A stretch of DNA of 64,000 nt from a virus. Taxonomy: Duplodnaviria > Caudoviricetes. Under the pieces are notes generated by a model that had not been told where the DNA came from, ran no database searches, and saw only the letters and a list, made by a program, of their open reading frames with translations. A program made the position numbers and the translations under genes. Shown here piece after piece: positions 47,230-59,232 of this stretch. The stretch lies in the IMG/VR virus record IMGVR_UViG_3300013121_000033, positions 161,160 through 225,159 of that record. One strand, 5' to 3'. The number at the start of each line of letters is the position of its first letter. Position 1 is the stretch's first letter.

Positions 47230-47892
47230 TCACGTCGCCACGAACTCGTCGATGAGGTCGGGGTCGGTGGTGAGCCACGGGCCGACGAGTAGGTCACGGT
47301 GGGCGAAGGTGAACGGTCCGTCGTCGGTGGCGAGGTCCCACACGACGGCGGCCACAGCAGCGTCCACAGCGGCGTCCACAGCAGCGTCCCAAGCGACGGC
47401 CACAGCAGCGTCCCAAGCGTCCACAGCAGCGTCCAGAGCGGCGACCAGAGCGGTCGACTCGGCGGCCACAGCGGCGACCCCGGCGGCGGCCCAGGCGGCG
47501 CCCCGCTGTGCGTCCCAAGCGGCGGCCACGGGTCGGGCCTCGTGGTCGGTCAGCGTAGCGGCCTTGCGGACGATGCGGATGACGGCTCGCCACTGCGGCC
47601 CGAAGGTGTCGGCGAGGTCGGCGTCGGACACGTCGACCCCCGCCACGAGGCGGTGGCGCACGTCGGCCTCGGTGGTGTCGGGGTCGTCGTTCCACGCTGT
47701 CCCCCACCCTTGCCGTTCGGCTACCGCTTGGATGAGGTGGGCGTCGCCGGGTTGCGGTGAGCACAACTGGATCGCCTGGTGGGCGCACACGCGGCCTTCT
47801 TCGTCCATCCACGAGCCTTGTGTCCAGCCGTGGTCGTCGAGGACGGCGAGGATGTCGGCGCCGTCGATGTGAATGACTGCTGCTGCGTTCAA
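47230..47892 (-). CDS. Phage protein with HGWTQG..C..WND domain and AAWDA/AAVD repeats
   Basis: AGGAG RBS plus TTG start; Ala-rich repeat 47340-47530. Confidence 0.65.
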   Translation of the reverse strand: MNAAAVIHIDGADILAVLDDHGWTQGSWMDEEGRVCAHQAIQLCSPQPGDAHLIQAVAERQGWGTAWNDDPDTTEADVRHRLVAGVDVSDADLADTFGPQWRAVIRIVRKAATLTDHEARPVAAAWDAQRGAAWAAAGVAAVAAESTALVAALDAAVDAWDAAVAVAWDAAVDAAVDAAVAAVVWDLATDDGPFTFAHRDLLVGPWLTTDPDLIDEFVAT

Positions 47893-47911
47893 AGGGGGGG
47901 GCTCCTGGCGT

Positions 47912-48532
47912 TCAGGTGATGCGGTCGAGGACACGGTCGACGACGTCGGCCGGTGGGGTCCACACCTTCGGTTTCCCAGCGACACGGACCGGGTCGAACC
48001 GGCGGGTCGACCGGTCGTCGAGGGGGACGCGGCGCACGTTGCCGAACAGGATCACTGAGGACCCGGGCGCCCACCGGCCGTAGGGGCGTTGGTCCTCGAT
48101 GCGGGTCGGGCGCCCACGGTTCGGGGGGCCGGACCCGATGAGCCAGAGGCCGCCTTGCTGGTGGACGAGTTCACCTTCGTGCGGGAAGTCGCTGATGAAG
48201 TGGGGGCCGGGACGCGGGTCGCCGGGTGCTTTGACGGGGACGATGTCGAGGATCGAAGCGACAGCGACAGCGACGCCGCCGTGCAGGATGGTTTCGACGC
48301 CGGTGTGCCGGTGGATCATCTTGTCGGGCCAGATCACATGGTCGCCGACCACCGCGGACGCGTCGCCCCACACAGGGTCGGTGACCGCTCCTGTGGTGGG
48401 GAGATGCGGCTTCATGGTCGAGGTGATGATGACGTCCCCGCGGTACTCCCAGCGTTTCGCTGTCTGGTGTGTCCACTTGACGCCGTCGGCGACAAGGTAG
48501 GCGTCGGCCAGGTGAAGGGTCAGGGCTTGCAT
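47912..48532 (-). CDS. ASCH-like domain protein (divergent)
   Basis: MQALTLH..AYLVADGVK..W.YRGDVII. Confidence 0.55.
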   Translation of the reverse strand: MQALTLHLADAYLVADGVKWTHQTAKRWEYRGDVIITSTMKPHLPTTGAVTDPVWGDASAVVGDHVIWPDKMIHRHTGVETILHGGVAVAVASILDIVPVKAPGDPRPGPHFISDFPHEGELVHQQGGLWLIGSGPPNRGRPTRIEDQRPYGRWAPGSSVILFGNVRRVPLDDRSTRRFDPVRVAGKPKVWTPPADVVDRVLDRIT

Positions 48533-50945
48533 GGGTCAGGGGGTTCCGGTGCATGGGGCGGCCCCGTAGTTCGCGAGGCCAGCGGCGGCCGCTTCCTCGA
48601 CGGTGTCGTGCGAGGAGTCCTCGCCGTCGTCGTCGACAAAGAAGCAGTCCCACCGGCCGTCGGCTCCGTGTGGTGCGATCGCGAACCGCCAGTTGTTGTC
48701 GTCGTCGATGTCGCCTTCGTACACCTCGACAGACCCGATCTCGTCGGTGACTCGTGCGATCCATCCGGCGGGGAGCAGGCGGCGCACCAGGACGAGAGCC
48801 CGGTAGACGGTCTGTTCGTCGGCAGGGACCGCGGCGAACGCTTCGAGGTCGAGCGCGACGTCGGTTGACATCGGCGGCAAGCCAGGGACGGCGACGGGGA
48901 TCGACTGGTTCACGGGGATACCACGGTGCGACCACCCCCACCCGGGGGGCAGGGTGACGACCTGGTCGAGTAGCGCGTCGGCGACACCGAAGTCCTCGGG
49001 GCGGAGGTTGACGCCGGTGATGTCGTTGTGCCAGTAGACGGTCACTCCCGCGGCGGTGTCGGCGTCGAGCGCGACCGGGTCGAACGGAGCGGTGATGTCG
49101 CCGCTGCCCTGGTCGTTCGGTGGGAACGCTCCGCGGTCGGGGACCAGCAGTTCGACGAGCCGATCGTGGAACCTGACGAGTACCTGTGCCATCAGCGTGC
49201 TTTCACTGTGAAGTCGTGATTCCAGTCGTGGGGCCACATCGGTTCGTCGGGGTGGACGGAGATGTGGACGATCTCGTAACCGAACGGCGGCGACCCGTCC
49301 CACGCCTGGTTGGCGCGGTCTGCGAGCATCCCGTCAGCGACGATCCAGGCGTCGGCCATGTTCGCGAAGATCACGGCGCGTGGCTTGCCGTCTGCCGTCT
49401 TGCCTTCGAACGGGAGCGCTTGTCGACCGTGGAAGATCAACAGGATCATGTATCCGGGACGGTTGGCCTCGGGCCAGGTGGGGTCGGTGCCCATTCGCCC
49501 ACCCTACTCGTCGTGTTGTGGCGGCGTCAACAGGCGGAGGTCGGGGCGGCCCGGGGGGCGGAGCGCTGCGAGGTCGGCTTCGAACTTCGCGACCATCCGG
49601 TCGAGCGACGCTACGATCATCAGCCGGACAGACAAGGCGGCAACGGTAGCGGTCACAACAGCGGCCAGAGTGTTCGCCCACGTCCACCACACGCTCAGCG
49701 TCCACAGGACAGCGGCCGTGGCTGCCAACGCGGCGATCACGGTGACCGCACGGGCGTTGCCGATACGGCTGGCGACAGTCACGGAGCCGCTTCCAGCGGC
49801 GGGATAAGCGTCCACCAGTCGCCGACCGTGACACGGGCCTCGCCGGGGTCGACCCAGAACGTGACGTCGACGACCGGTAGTGACCGGTGAGGTGAGGCGG
49901 CGACGGCGGATACCCACCCGTGGACCGCTGACCGGTCGTCGGGCATCGGCGCGCCGGAGGGCCGGTAGCCGGGGGTCAGCCACCGGTCGCGGCCCACGGT
50001 GGTGAGCTTCGCGTTCCTCGTGCGGGGAATGGGGCCGTCCCAGTGTGCGACCCACCCGCGGGAAGCGAGTTCGTCGAGAGCGCGGGATACTCGGGTCGTG
50101 AACGGCCAGAACGGTTCACCGAGCCGGTGGCGGGCGATCAGGACTTCGAGAACGAGTTCCGCTGTCGGCGACACATCCGGTTCGACGTCGTCGGTCATGA
50201 CGTCGGGGCGTCGAGTTCGGCGAGCAGCGCGACGATGATCTCCGGGGCGGCGGCGATCATCGCCTTGTTCGCTTCGTTCCCCAGGTGCTCGGGCCAGTCG
50301 GTCACGGTTCCTCCGTGGTGCGGGCGGTGAGGCGGGCTTGGATGCGGCGCCGGAGGTTGGCCCGCCATGCGGCACGGTTCCACGCGGCGTTCGCTTCGGG
50401 AACGGTCGAGTGGATGTCGGCGGCGAGGCGGGTGCCGTCAGCGGGGCCGTCGTCCCATGGTGCGAGGGCGGTGTCCATCAGAACGGTTCGCGGTCGGGGA
50501 GGCATCCGCCGATGTGCCCGGCGTACAGGGAGCAGCGGTAGGCGCGGCCGTCGTCGAGGATGGTGAGGGGACAGGTCGGCCAGGTCCGATGCTGTGGCCG
50601 GACCTCGGGGTTGAGGTGGAAGCGGTCGTAGTCGCCGCCGGTCTGTGCGGTGCAGCGGATCAGTTCCCAGTCGGATGCGACAGCACGGACGGCGGCGTCG
50701 ATCCGTGCGAGGTCGACCGCTGCGACGCGTGGGGTGAGTCCGACGAGGGACGCGTTGGTGACGCGGCAGACGACGGTGACGGTGCGTTCGCCGCGGTCAC
50801 CGGCGAGGCCGGGGGACAGGTCGATGAGCGGCGCGAGGACCGCCGTGGCGACGTCGTTGTCGACGCCGTCAACGAGCGACGGGTGCGTGTACGTCGCGGT
50901 GGCAACTATCTCGGGCATGGGCGTTGCTCCTGGGTGGGCCTGGGG

Positions 50946-51752
50946 TCAGTGGGCGCCGGGCAGCATCGTGAGCAGGAACGAGACGCCGACGGCCATCGCC
51001 CACTTGTTGTCGGGGAGAGCGGTGAGGACGGTGCCCCACTGGACGAGCGGCAGGTCCGACGCGGTGAACGTGACGATGTCGCCGACGTTGTGGCTGCGCT
51101 TCACCCAGGCGCGGCCGCCGTCCTTCACCTGGTAGACCGCCGCGGTGTCGACGGGGTCGAACACCAACACGAGGTCGTTGTTCTTCACGGTGCGGGCTTC
51201 GCTGCCGTTGGAGAGGTCGGAGAACGCTTGGACGTCGAGCGACGCTCCGGACAGGTTGTCGGGGTTGTGGCGGATGCCGTACTTGACTGCGATGACGTTA
51301 GGCATAGCTGGGTCCTCCATGGTTGACTTGCGGGCGATCATCTTGTCGACCAGCCGGATGCGGCGCCGGTAGTGGTTCTTGATGCACTCGGTGCACCCGG
51401 GTTTCGAGAGGGCGTCGGCGAGGTCGCGTTCGAGTTTCGCCTTGCGGACGTGTAGCTCGGCGACGGTCATCTCGATGAGCTTGAGCGGCGGGTTCCTCGG
51501 TTCGGGTTCGCGCCGGTGGGTGGGGGCGGGGTGCCGGTGGGCGTGCCTTCCGGTCTTGGCGACGAGACGCTGCCAGGTGAACGCGGAGCCGTCGTAGAGC
51601 AGGACCGCCCGGTACTTGCCGAGCCACGGCGCAGCGGCGGTGACCATGACGGACGCGATCCCGAGTTGACGGTCGGCTCGGACGATCAGGTGCGTGTACC
51701 CGGCGGCCTCGTATGCGGCGGCGATCTCCGATTGGGCTTGTCGTCGGTTCAC
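50946..51752 (-). CDS. Composite hypothetical ORF (apparent fusion of 2-3 small genes)
   Basis: Internal PGCTEC module and internal GGAGG-ATG before MPNVIAVKY. Confidence 0.55.
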   Translation of the reverse strand: MNRRQAQSEIAAAYEAAGYTHLIVRADRQLGIASVMVTAAAPWLGKYRAVLLYDGSAFTWQRLVAKTGRHAHRHPAPTHRREPEPRNPPLKLIEMTVAELHVRKAKLERDLADALSKPGCTECIKNHYRRRIRLVDKMIARKSTMEDPAMPNVIAVKYGIRHNPDNLSGASLDVQAFSDLSNGSEARTVKNNDLVLVFDPVDTAAVYQVKDGGRAWVKRSHNVGDIVTFTASDLPLVQWGTVLTALPDNKWAMAVGVSFLLTMLPGAH

Positions 51753-52647
51753 TGGCCTCTCCCGGTGACGGCGGCTTGGTAGGCGGCGACCCCGGTCGGG
51801 TAGACGCCGGTCGACTCGGTGACGTCAGCGTCGTCGTCGATCGGGGTGTACTCCCACGTCCAGGTGCCAGCATCGTGCATCACGGCGACGTAAGAGCCGT
51901 CGGGGAGGATCGCGACGACCGTCCCGTAACCGTTGGCGTTGAACTGTGTGACGGTCCCCTCGGGGGCGACTCGTTCGATGTCCTCTGCTGCGGCCGTGCA
52001 CAGGACCAGTTCAGGGTTGTGGCGCCTGATGCGCTCGACGACCGCGGCGTACCGGTCGCGGTCGACCAGCAACGATTCGACTTCGTCAGCGGTGAGGTCG
52101 CCGCCGACGAGTTCGTCGTCGCTGCGGAGACGGTCGATCAACATTTCGACTTCGCTGGTCGACGGCCCGGTCACCAGGTCGCCCCTTCCGGGACCGGAGC
52201 GTGCTGTGTCTGCCACGAGATGACCTCGGGTGCAGGGATGCCGTGCCGTTCGATCAGGTACCGCATCCGGGCTTCCATCGCGTCGAACAACCGGGCGACG
52301 TCCGCCTCGGGCAACGGGTCACTGTGCGACCACGAGAACCCGATGTCCGACGGCCACGCCTTCGCCCGCACCCGTTTCGACACCCGCCCCGCGCCGATCC
52401 TGAACCGGATCACACACGACCCGAGCCACACCTCCGGCATCGGCACACGATCATCCGGCGGACACGGCAACCAGTGGAACGGAACATGCGTCGCCGTGAA
52501 CGACCCGCCATCCACCACAGCGAACCCCGACACCGGCACCCGAACACCCGAACCCATCCCGAACCTCCGATGCCGATGCCGACCAGTCCCCTCCCCCCGG
52601 CCACAGCGTGATGCGGAACACGGCAACCGGAAGGGAGGGGACCAGAC

Positions 52648-52682
52648 CACCCAACCTACCGTCACGCTAACGCCACGTCAAC
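52648..52682 (-). promoter_or_regulatory. Divergent promoter cassette P15
   Basis: TTGACG-17-TAGGTT; GTTGACGTGGCGTTAGC. Confidence 0.55.
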
Positions 52683-52840
52683 AACCAGCCGCCGCCAGGG
52701 CAGCGAAGTGGCGGGGAGCCCCCGGTCCACAACCACCCTCACCGCACGCGAGAGGCCGAACGTCGTTCACTCGGGGCGGGTTGGTGGTGGTGGTGGGGTG
52801 GTGGTGGGTGGGTGTATGACGGGTTGGGTGGGGGTGGGGG

Positions 52841-53317
52841 TTAGTACCAGCCTTTTGTTTGGCGGGCTCGGAGGGCGTTGCAGGGGGTTCCGTAGCGGTT
52901 GGCGATGTAGTCGAGGCCCCAGCGGATTTGGGTGTAGCCGTTGGTTCGCCAGTCGGCGCCGTGGGATGCCATTTTTGATCCGGGGAGGGCTTGGGGGATG
53001 CCGTATGCGGTGGAGTTGGGGTTGTCTGCCCACCACCGCCATCCTGATTCGTGGTCGCCCCATAGGTTGTTGAGGCAGTTGAATTGGTTGGGTGCCCATC
53101 CTCGGTTGGCGGCGAGGGTTTGGGCGACCTCGCGGGCTCCTGTGGGGTTCTGCGCCCGGTAGTGGAGCGAGATGGCTTCGGCTTGGTCGGGGGTGAGGGT
53201 GATGCCGTGGTTGGCTGCGGCGGCGAGGACTTGTTCGGGGGTGCAGGCTGCTGCGGTGGTTGGCAACAGGATTGCAACGAGAACGAGAACGGTTCGTCTC
53301 ATGGTGTGTGGTTTCAT
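52841..53317 (-). CDS. Secreted lytic transglycosylase (SLT-like), possible lipoprotein
   Basis: QFNCLNNLW..ESGW..NPNSTAYGIPQALPGSKM..QIRWGLDYI..RYG..GWY; signal peptide with AAAC. Confidence 0.88.
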   Translation of the reverse strand: MKPHTMRRTVLVLVAILLPTTAAACTPEQVLAAAANHGITLTPDQAEAISLHYRAQNPTGAREVAQTLAANRGWAPNQFNCLNNLWGDHESGWRWWADNPNSTAYGIPQALPGSKMASHGADWRTNGYTQIRWGLDYIANRYGTPCNALRARQTKGWY

Positions 53318-55251
53318 GAGGTGGTGTCCTTCCAGGTGGTAGCTGGGTTGGGGCATGGGGAAGTGGCCTCCACTGGTGGTCCCGGTCGGTCCGGTTCGGG
53401 GTGTCGTTGAGCCTTTCGGGTGGCTCCGACGTTCCGGTGGGCGGGTCGGGTGGTGGGGGTCGCTTCGCCGCGCACGATAGCGGGTGGGGTGCGCTGGTGA
53501 CGGTGACTGGCAGATAGTTGACCGGTGGTGGTGGGGTGGGGGAGGCTGCGCGGTGTGGGTGACGGGTTAGGGATGGTGTTCGCCTGGATGGCGGCCGTGT
53601 GCGGGGTGGTTGCCGCTGCCGGGTACATCTGGTACCTGGTGCCCGCTGTCGTCCTGGCAGCCGCCGCAGCACAGATTCTCGTCCCAGACGACGACGAACA
53701 CCCCGGAGAGACATAGATGGCGCAGTCGGGTAGTGAGGTTCGGCGGCGGGAAGACGTCGACTCGGAGATCGCCGGGCACATCGGTTCTGCGGCGTGGGGA
53801 ACATGGTGGGCGGTACTCGCCGGGTTGGCGACGGTCGCGCTAACGGGAGCCGCCAACGCCGACGTCGCCGCCATGGCAGTCTCGGCGTTCGCGGCGTTTC
53901 ACGCGGTTCGTGCGGCGTTGCGAGCGGTCACCGGAGCGATCCGGGACAGGTGACCGGAGAGTTCACCGACTGGGGGCCGCTCGCCCCACGACGGATCGTT
54001 CCGAGAGGGCCACGCCCCGGGACGAACCGCACCACGATCGTGTCGTTCCGAACCTCGAACGACGTCATCACCGTGTTCCGATGGTGGACCGAAGCTGTCC
54101 TCGACTCCGGGTACACCGCTGTCATCCGCGACGCCGTCGAAAGTGTCGTGCTAGACATCATCGAAACGTACGACATCGACCTCAACCTCGACCGCGACGC
54201 GCTCACCACCCGGCTACGCCAGAGGATGCAACTCCATGGGCAACCACCCGACCAAACCACCTGACGCAGACACCAGCGCCGAACGGCCCAGCGACACGAG
54301 CATCGGAAGTGTCCGGAAGCGCATCCGGGACTTGCAAGAACTCGCTGCGGTCTGTAGGCGGGCCGGACGTGGCGACCTCTCGTCGGTGGCCCGAGACGTG
54401 ACCGCCCTCATCGAGGCCCTGGTCGCCGAGCGGGACGGCCTGCGAGTCAAGGTCGGCCAGGAGCGCGACCGGTGGTCCACTCTCTCCGCCGCCGTCGAAG
54501 TCGCGCTCGACGAGGACGACCTCAACAAGCCGAAGGTCCGCCGCTGGCTTGAGACGGCGTTGGCTGGAACCGCACCCGGTGGTGCGTCGTGACCGCCGCA
54601 GGGGGCGAGCGCCGCTGGTCCGTGAAGCCGATGTTCGCGTGGTTCGACCTGTGGGTCGGCGTGTTCATCGACAAGCCGAAGCGGCGCATCTACATCTTCC
54701 CGATCCCGTGCCTCGGAGTCGTCATCCAGCTTCCTGAGGCGACCCCGTGACCGCCGCAGGGGGCGATGTGGACCCCGGCGCACGGCCGAGCCTCACGCCC
54801 AGGCAGCTCGACGTGCTCGAAGCGATCGCCGCCGACCAGGTGACGTGGAACCGTGAGTCGTTCAGATGGTGGCACGACGAGGGGGGCTACACCCTGTGCA
54901 CGGCGCAGGCGAAGCGACTGGTCGCCCTCGGCCTCGCTCGCACCTTCATGGCCGCCGGGTACGTCTACGTCCGCCGTGGCTACGTCGAGGTGACACCGGC
55001 GGGTCGTGCTGCTCTCGCAGCCGCAGGCGTGGAGGCTGACCGGTGAGCGGCGACGAGATCAACTTCCAACTGGGGCAGCCGGTTGTTGTGGTGACAGCGG
55101 ACAACATACGAGTTCCGATGGTCGCCCTCGGCCCGGTCGAGTGGGGCCAGGACTTCCGCATCGTGTGGGTCTGCACGGAGGACGAATGGCGAGAGTTTGG
55201 CGACGAGGCCGACCCAATGCCATGGCCCGTTTCCTACGTCGAGGCCACGCC

Positions 55252-55815
55252 ATGAAGGCCGCCCCGCCGACCACCACCCAGTGGGAACGCGGCTCGATGA
55301 CGCCACCTGAACCGCTCCCCGGCTTTGCACCTGACATCGAACGGACCGCTGTCCTCTCCGACGACGGACGCTACCGGTACCGGCTCGGGCGACGCTGGGG
55401 TGACGGACCCGTCATGTGTTTCATCATGCTCAACCCGTCGACCGCTGACGCCGACATCGACGACCCCACCATCCGCCGGTGCATCGGCTTCGCGAAACGC
55501 GAAGGTTGCGACGCGATCGACGTCATCAACCAGTACGCCTACCGGTCAACCGATCCGCACGTCCTCAACGTCACACTCCGCGGCCCCGACAACTTCGCAG
55601 CATGGGCCGAATCCCTCAAGGCCGCTGACATCATCGTCGCCGCGTGGGGTGCCTGGTTCGACACCAAGAGCCGCGGCGCCCCCTGGCAGCCGTCCGACTT
55701 CCACGCCGTCGCCCCCGACGATGTTCTCTGTCTCGGATGCACCAGCAGCGGGGCGCCACGGCATCCGCTGTACGTCCGCGGTGACCAGCCGCTCGAACTC
55801 TTCACGACAGCGTGA
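55252..55815 (+). CDS. DUF1643 family protein
   Basis: SDDGRYRYRL.RRW..FIMLNPSTAD..DDPTIRRC..AAWG..PRHPLY. Confidence 0.9.
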   Translation: MKAAPPTTTQWERGSMTPPEPLPGFAPDIERTAVLSDDGRYRYRLGRRWGDGPVMCFIMLNPSTADADIDDPTIRRCIGFAKREGCDAIDVINQYAYRSTDPHVLNVTLRGPDNFAAWAESLKAADIIVAAWGAWFDTKSRGAPWQPSDFHAVAPDDVLCLGCTSSGAPRHPLYVRGDQPLELFTTA

Positions 55816-56138
55816 GCCGTGACAACGCCCGCAACAACGCCGTCGAATGCCGGGACTGTGACCGGCTCGGCCCCATACGCCCTACCCTTGCCGACGCTCG
55901 CCGCGCCGCGCTCGACACCGGGTGGAAACGCACCCGCGGCCACACCTGGCTGTGCCCAGACTGCCGCCCACCCGCCGCCCCCCACGCTCGCATCACGCTC
56001 CGTGTCCCCGCCGACCTCGTCGACCGGCTCGACCGTGCAGCGCACGACCGGTGGACGACCCGCAACGCGCTTGCCGCGCAACTGCTCGACACCGGCCTCG
56101 CCCAACTTCCACCACCCGACCCGAACAGGCTCACATAG
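55812..56138 (+). CDS. Zn-ribbon plus ribbon-helix-helix protein
   Basis: CRDC..CPDC; ITLRVPADLVDRLDRAA. Confidence 0.6.
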   Translation: MSRDNARNNAVECRDCDRLGPIRPTLADARRAALDTGWKRTRGHTWLCPDCRPPAAPHARITLRVPADLVDRLDRAAHDRWTTRNALAAQLLDTGLAQLPPPDPNRLT

Positions 56139-57224
56139 ATGACAAGATCGACGACGTCCGGGGGGCTTCCCCTCGCCTCCGACCTGTACGAAGCGCCGCC
56201 CATCCACATCCCCGACCTCGACGGCGGAGCGTTCAAGACGGAACTCACCCTGTACCGGTCGGCGGAACGCACCGAGAAACTGATCTGGTGGCACGGCCCC
56301 GACCCGCGTCCCGTCCCACACGACCACCCGTGGCCGTTCACGTCCACCATCATCCGCGGCGGCTACACCGAACACCGCTACACCATCGGCGACGGCGGCG
56401 GCGTCCGTCACGAGGTCCGCACTTACCGGTCCACCCCGCCCGCCGGGCACATCGCAGCGCCGAACGACGGGAACACCAACCACGTCCCCCTCGGCGTCTA
56501 CCACACCGTCACCGACGTCCTCCCCGGCACCGTCACCCACCTCGTGTGCGGGGCGGCCCGCTCCGGGAACGAGTGGGGCTCCCTCGACACCGACACCGGA
56601 GAACCCATCGCTTTCGACGATGCCCGCGTCGCCGACCCCACGTTCATCGAACGCCTCCACCGGCTCAACCCCCACCTCCAACCCGAATCCTGGGCGGCCG
56701 TAACCGCCCGAGACATCAGCAACGCCATCATCGCCGGATGCTCCTGCACCTACCGAGCGAACCGAGCCCGGCAAGTCATCCGCTACCCGAACCCCCACTG
56801 TCCGCTCGACGCAAGGAACACCGAGTTCGGGGAGAACCGCCACACCGTCGACCCCGACGGGACCGGCCTCCACAACGTCCTCGACCTGCTCTCCCCCGAC
56901 GACTACAGCGCCGCCCACGACACCAACCCCGACGGCTACCAGGCCAAGAGCGACCGCCTCGACGACGCCGCCCGGGAAGTCACAGCCCTCCTCGGCGCCG
57001 CCTGGACGCCACAGTCCCGTGTCGACCTCGACCCCGGACGCGCCTGCGAGTTCTGGTGCGACTGGGTCGACAACCACGGCCGAACCGTCGCCCTGTTCCT
57101 CACCAACGACGGATGGCGAAGCCAAGCACATGTCGACGGGATCGGCCTCCCCACGAACGCCGAGTTCCCGGACGCCACCGACGCCGCCGCCGCCGCGCTC
57201 GCCCGACTCGACAACCGGGCCTGA
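56139..57224 (+). CDS. Cupin-like N-terminal domain fused to unknown domains
   Basis: PHDHPWPFTSTIIRGGYTE..YHTV. Confidence 0.6.
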   Translation: MTRSTTSGGLPLASDLYEAPPIHIPDLDGGAFKTELTLYRSAERTEKLIWWHGPDPRPVPHDHPWPFTSTIIRGGYTEHRYTIGDGGGVRHEVRTYRSTPPAGHIAAPNDGNTNHVPLGVYHTVTDVLPGTVTHLVCGAARSGNEWGSLDTDTGEPIAFDDARVADPTFIERLHRLNPHLQPESWAAVTARDISNAIIAGCSCTYRANRARQVIRYPNPHCPLDARNTEFGENRHTVDPDGTGLHNVLDLLSPDDYSAAHDTNPDGYQAKSDRLDDAAREVTALLGAAWTPQSRVDLDPGRACEFWCDWVDNHGRTVALFLTNDGWRSQAHVDGIGLPTNAEFPDATDAAAAALARLDNRA

Positions 57225-58058
57225 CCCATGTCCGATATCGACATCGTCCTCGGTGACGACGAACCAGACGGCGACACCAACCCCGCCGAAGCGTTGACCG
57301 ACCACGACCTCGGGGACCGGCTCAACGACCTGTTCCCCCGCATGCTCACCACCGGCGCGTTCGACGACCACGACGTGGCTGTCATCCACCAGTCGATCGT
57401 CCGGCTCCAACAACGCGGCGACGAGGCCGAGCCCGACGCCCACGGCGAGGGGAACGTCCCAGCGCAGCAGCCGCGGCCACTGTGGGTGACGCTCATCATC
57501 GGAGCGGTCGCCGTTGGCCTCGCCGGGGTGTGGACATGGGCGATCGTCCCGCTCCCCGAGCGTGTCTCGACAGCGTGGGCTGTCACCACGCTCGTCGCCG
57601 CGTTCACCGCCGCAGCGGTCCGGCTCAACACCGGCGACCGTGATGAGTGACGACCCGTTCGTGGCAGCACGCGAACTGCTCGCCACCGCGTACGGGACGA
57701 TCGACACCGACGCGCATGACGCCTGGCACCGCGGCGACGCCGCAGCGTCGTCTCGGGCACGGGAGACAGCGGAACTCGTCCGGCAGGGGCTCGCCGTGTT
57801 CGACGCCGTCGCCGAGTTGGCGACACGAGCCGAGGCGCTTGACAGCATCGCCAGGTTCCTCATCGTCGCCCTCAACGCCATCGACCCTGACGCCGTCACC
57901 GACGCGTTCGAGGACGCCGTCGACTACGCAACCAACGACGACGGCGACCCGACCGCGCTCGAAACGATGACCCGAACCCTCGCCGACAACTATCTGGCGT
58001 TCTTCGGGATCGCGCACCCCGAACCTGTATCGACTGGCCTGTTCACGGAGGAACACGG

Positions 58059-59063
58059 ATGACCGAATCGCTCGACGTGCGCCTCGGGCCTCACCACGAG
58101 ACTGCCGTCCACTGGCTCAACATGGGCGACGACCTCGTGGATGGCGGCGCCGAACCGGCGTGGTGGTGGGTGGAACACCCGTCGTCGTGCACACAGCGGA
58201 TCGAACCCGACATCGCGACCGGTGAACCCCGCGTCGCCTACGACTGCGACGTCGACCGGTACGTCAACGAGGGAGGGTGGGAAGGGCTCGCCGCCGACAC
58301 AGTCCCGCCCGGGGTGCCCGGCCGTTACCCGTTCGTCCTCTGGACCGTCGAACATCCCTCCACCCCCGCCGGTGGCCCCGAATACGACCAGGGCGTCGAG
58401 TTCATCGACAACGACCCTCCGCTCACCCCGGTCGAATGCGACCGCCTCGCAGACCGGCTCGACGCCCGCACCGCGTACCTCGACCACTCGTGGATGGGCG
58501 ACGACCAACACGCCATCCGGATCATCCGGGCATGGCGGAACCTCGACGACGACACCCGCGCCGCCGCCGACCTCATCGTCGACGTCCAACAAGAGATCGC
58601 CACCTACCTGCGGAGCGTCGAGTTCCCCTCCGCTGTCGTGACCGCCGAACGGCACGCCAACGGGGTCCTCATCGTTTCGACCCCCGACGACTCCCGGGCG
58701 ACGATCCACCCGACCTTCGACGGGTGGACCTGGCGGCGCTGCGGGACGGACAGCGTCGGCGGTGGCGCCGCCAACCTCGGCGACGCCGTCGTCGCTGTCC
58801 TCGCCTACCTCGGTTACCACCACGACCACGTCTACCGGCACGACGGCAACATCCCAGCGCTCATGGCGTGGCTCAGCGACCGGGTGGAGTTCATTTGCAC
58901 CACGTTCGTCCCGCACACGAACACCGTGTCCGACCCGGGCGTCGGTGAAGTCCGGATCACCGACAGCGGCACCGGCAACGCGCTCGCAGTCATGCGGATC
59001 GGCGATGTCATCGACGCCCGAGACGGGAACTTGAAGGCGATCGCCTGGGACCGTGGCCGATGA
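58059..59063 (+). CDS. Hypothetical protein
   Basis: GGAGG RBS; ATGA overlap; 334 aa. Confidence 0.6.
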   Translation: MTESLDVRLGPHHETAVHWLNMGDDLVDGGAEPAWWWVEHPSSCTQRIEPDIATGEPRVAYDCDVDRYVNEGGWEGLAADTVPPGVPGRYPFVLWTVEHPSTPAGGPEYDQGVEFIDNDPPLTPVECDRLADRLDARTAYLDHSWMGDDQHAIRIIRAWRNLDDDTRAAADLIVDVQQEIATYLRSVEFPSAVVTAERHANGVLIVSTPDDSRATIHPTFDGWTWRRCGTDSVGGGAANLGDAVVAVLAYLGYHHDHVYRHDGNIPALMAWLSDRVEFICTTFVPHTNTVSDPGVGEVRITDSGTGNALAVMRIGDVIDARDGNLKAIAWDRGR

Positions 59064-59232
59064 CGGACAGCGGCGTCATCCACGACCGGTGCAACTATCT
59101 CGGCGCCCGGATCGACGGCACAGACGCGTGGTGGTGCAACAAGTGCGGCCACGGCGGCAGGTGCGTTCTCGTCGACAGCGCCGCGGCGAAACGACTCACT
59201 ACCACCCACAAGATCGAGGAAGGACCACCGAC

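Noticed and set aside
53320-53480. c-di-AMP (ydaO) riboswitch upstream of the lytic transglycosylase
   Set aside because: Context fits, but only a small hairpin is visible and the conserved riboswitch motifs could not be identified; an Rfam scan would settle it
55539-57899. 786-aa minus-strand ORF and similar long antisense ORFs (e.g. 35503..37251, 62647..63996)
   Set aside because: Shadow frames of real genes in high-GC DNA; no motifs, and they overlap better-supported genes
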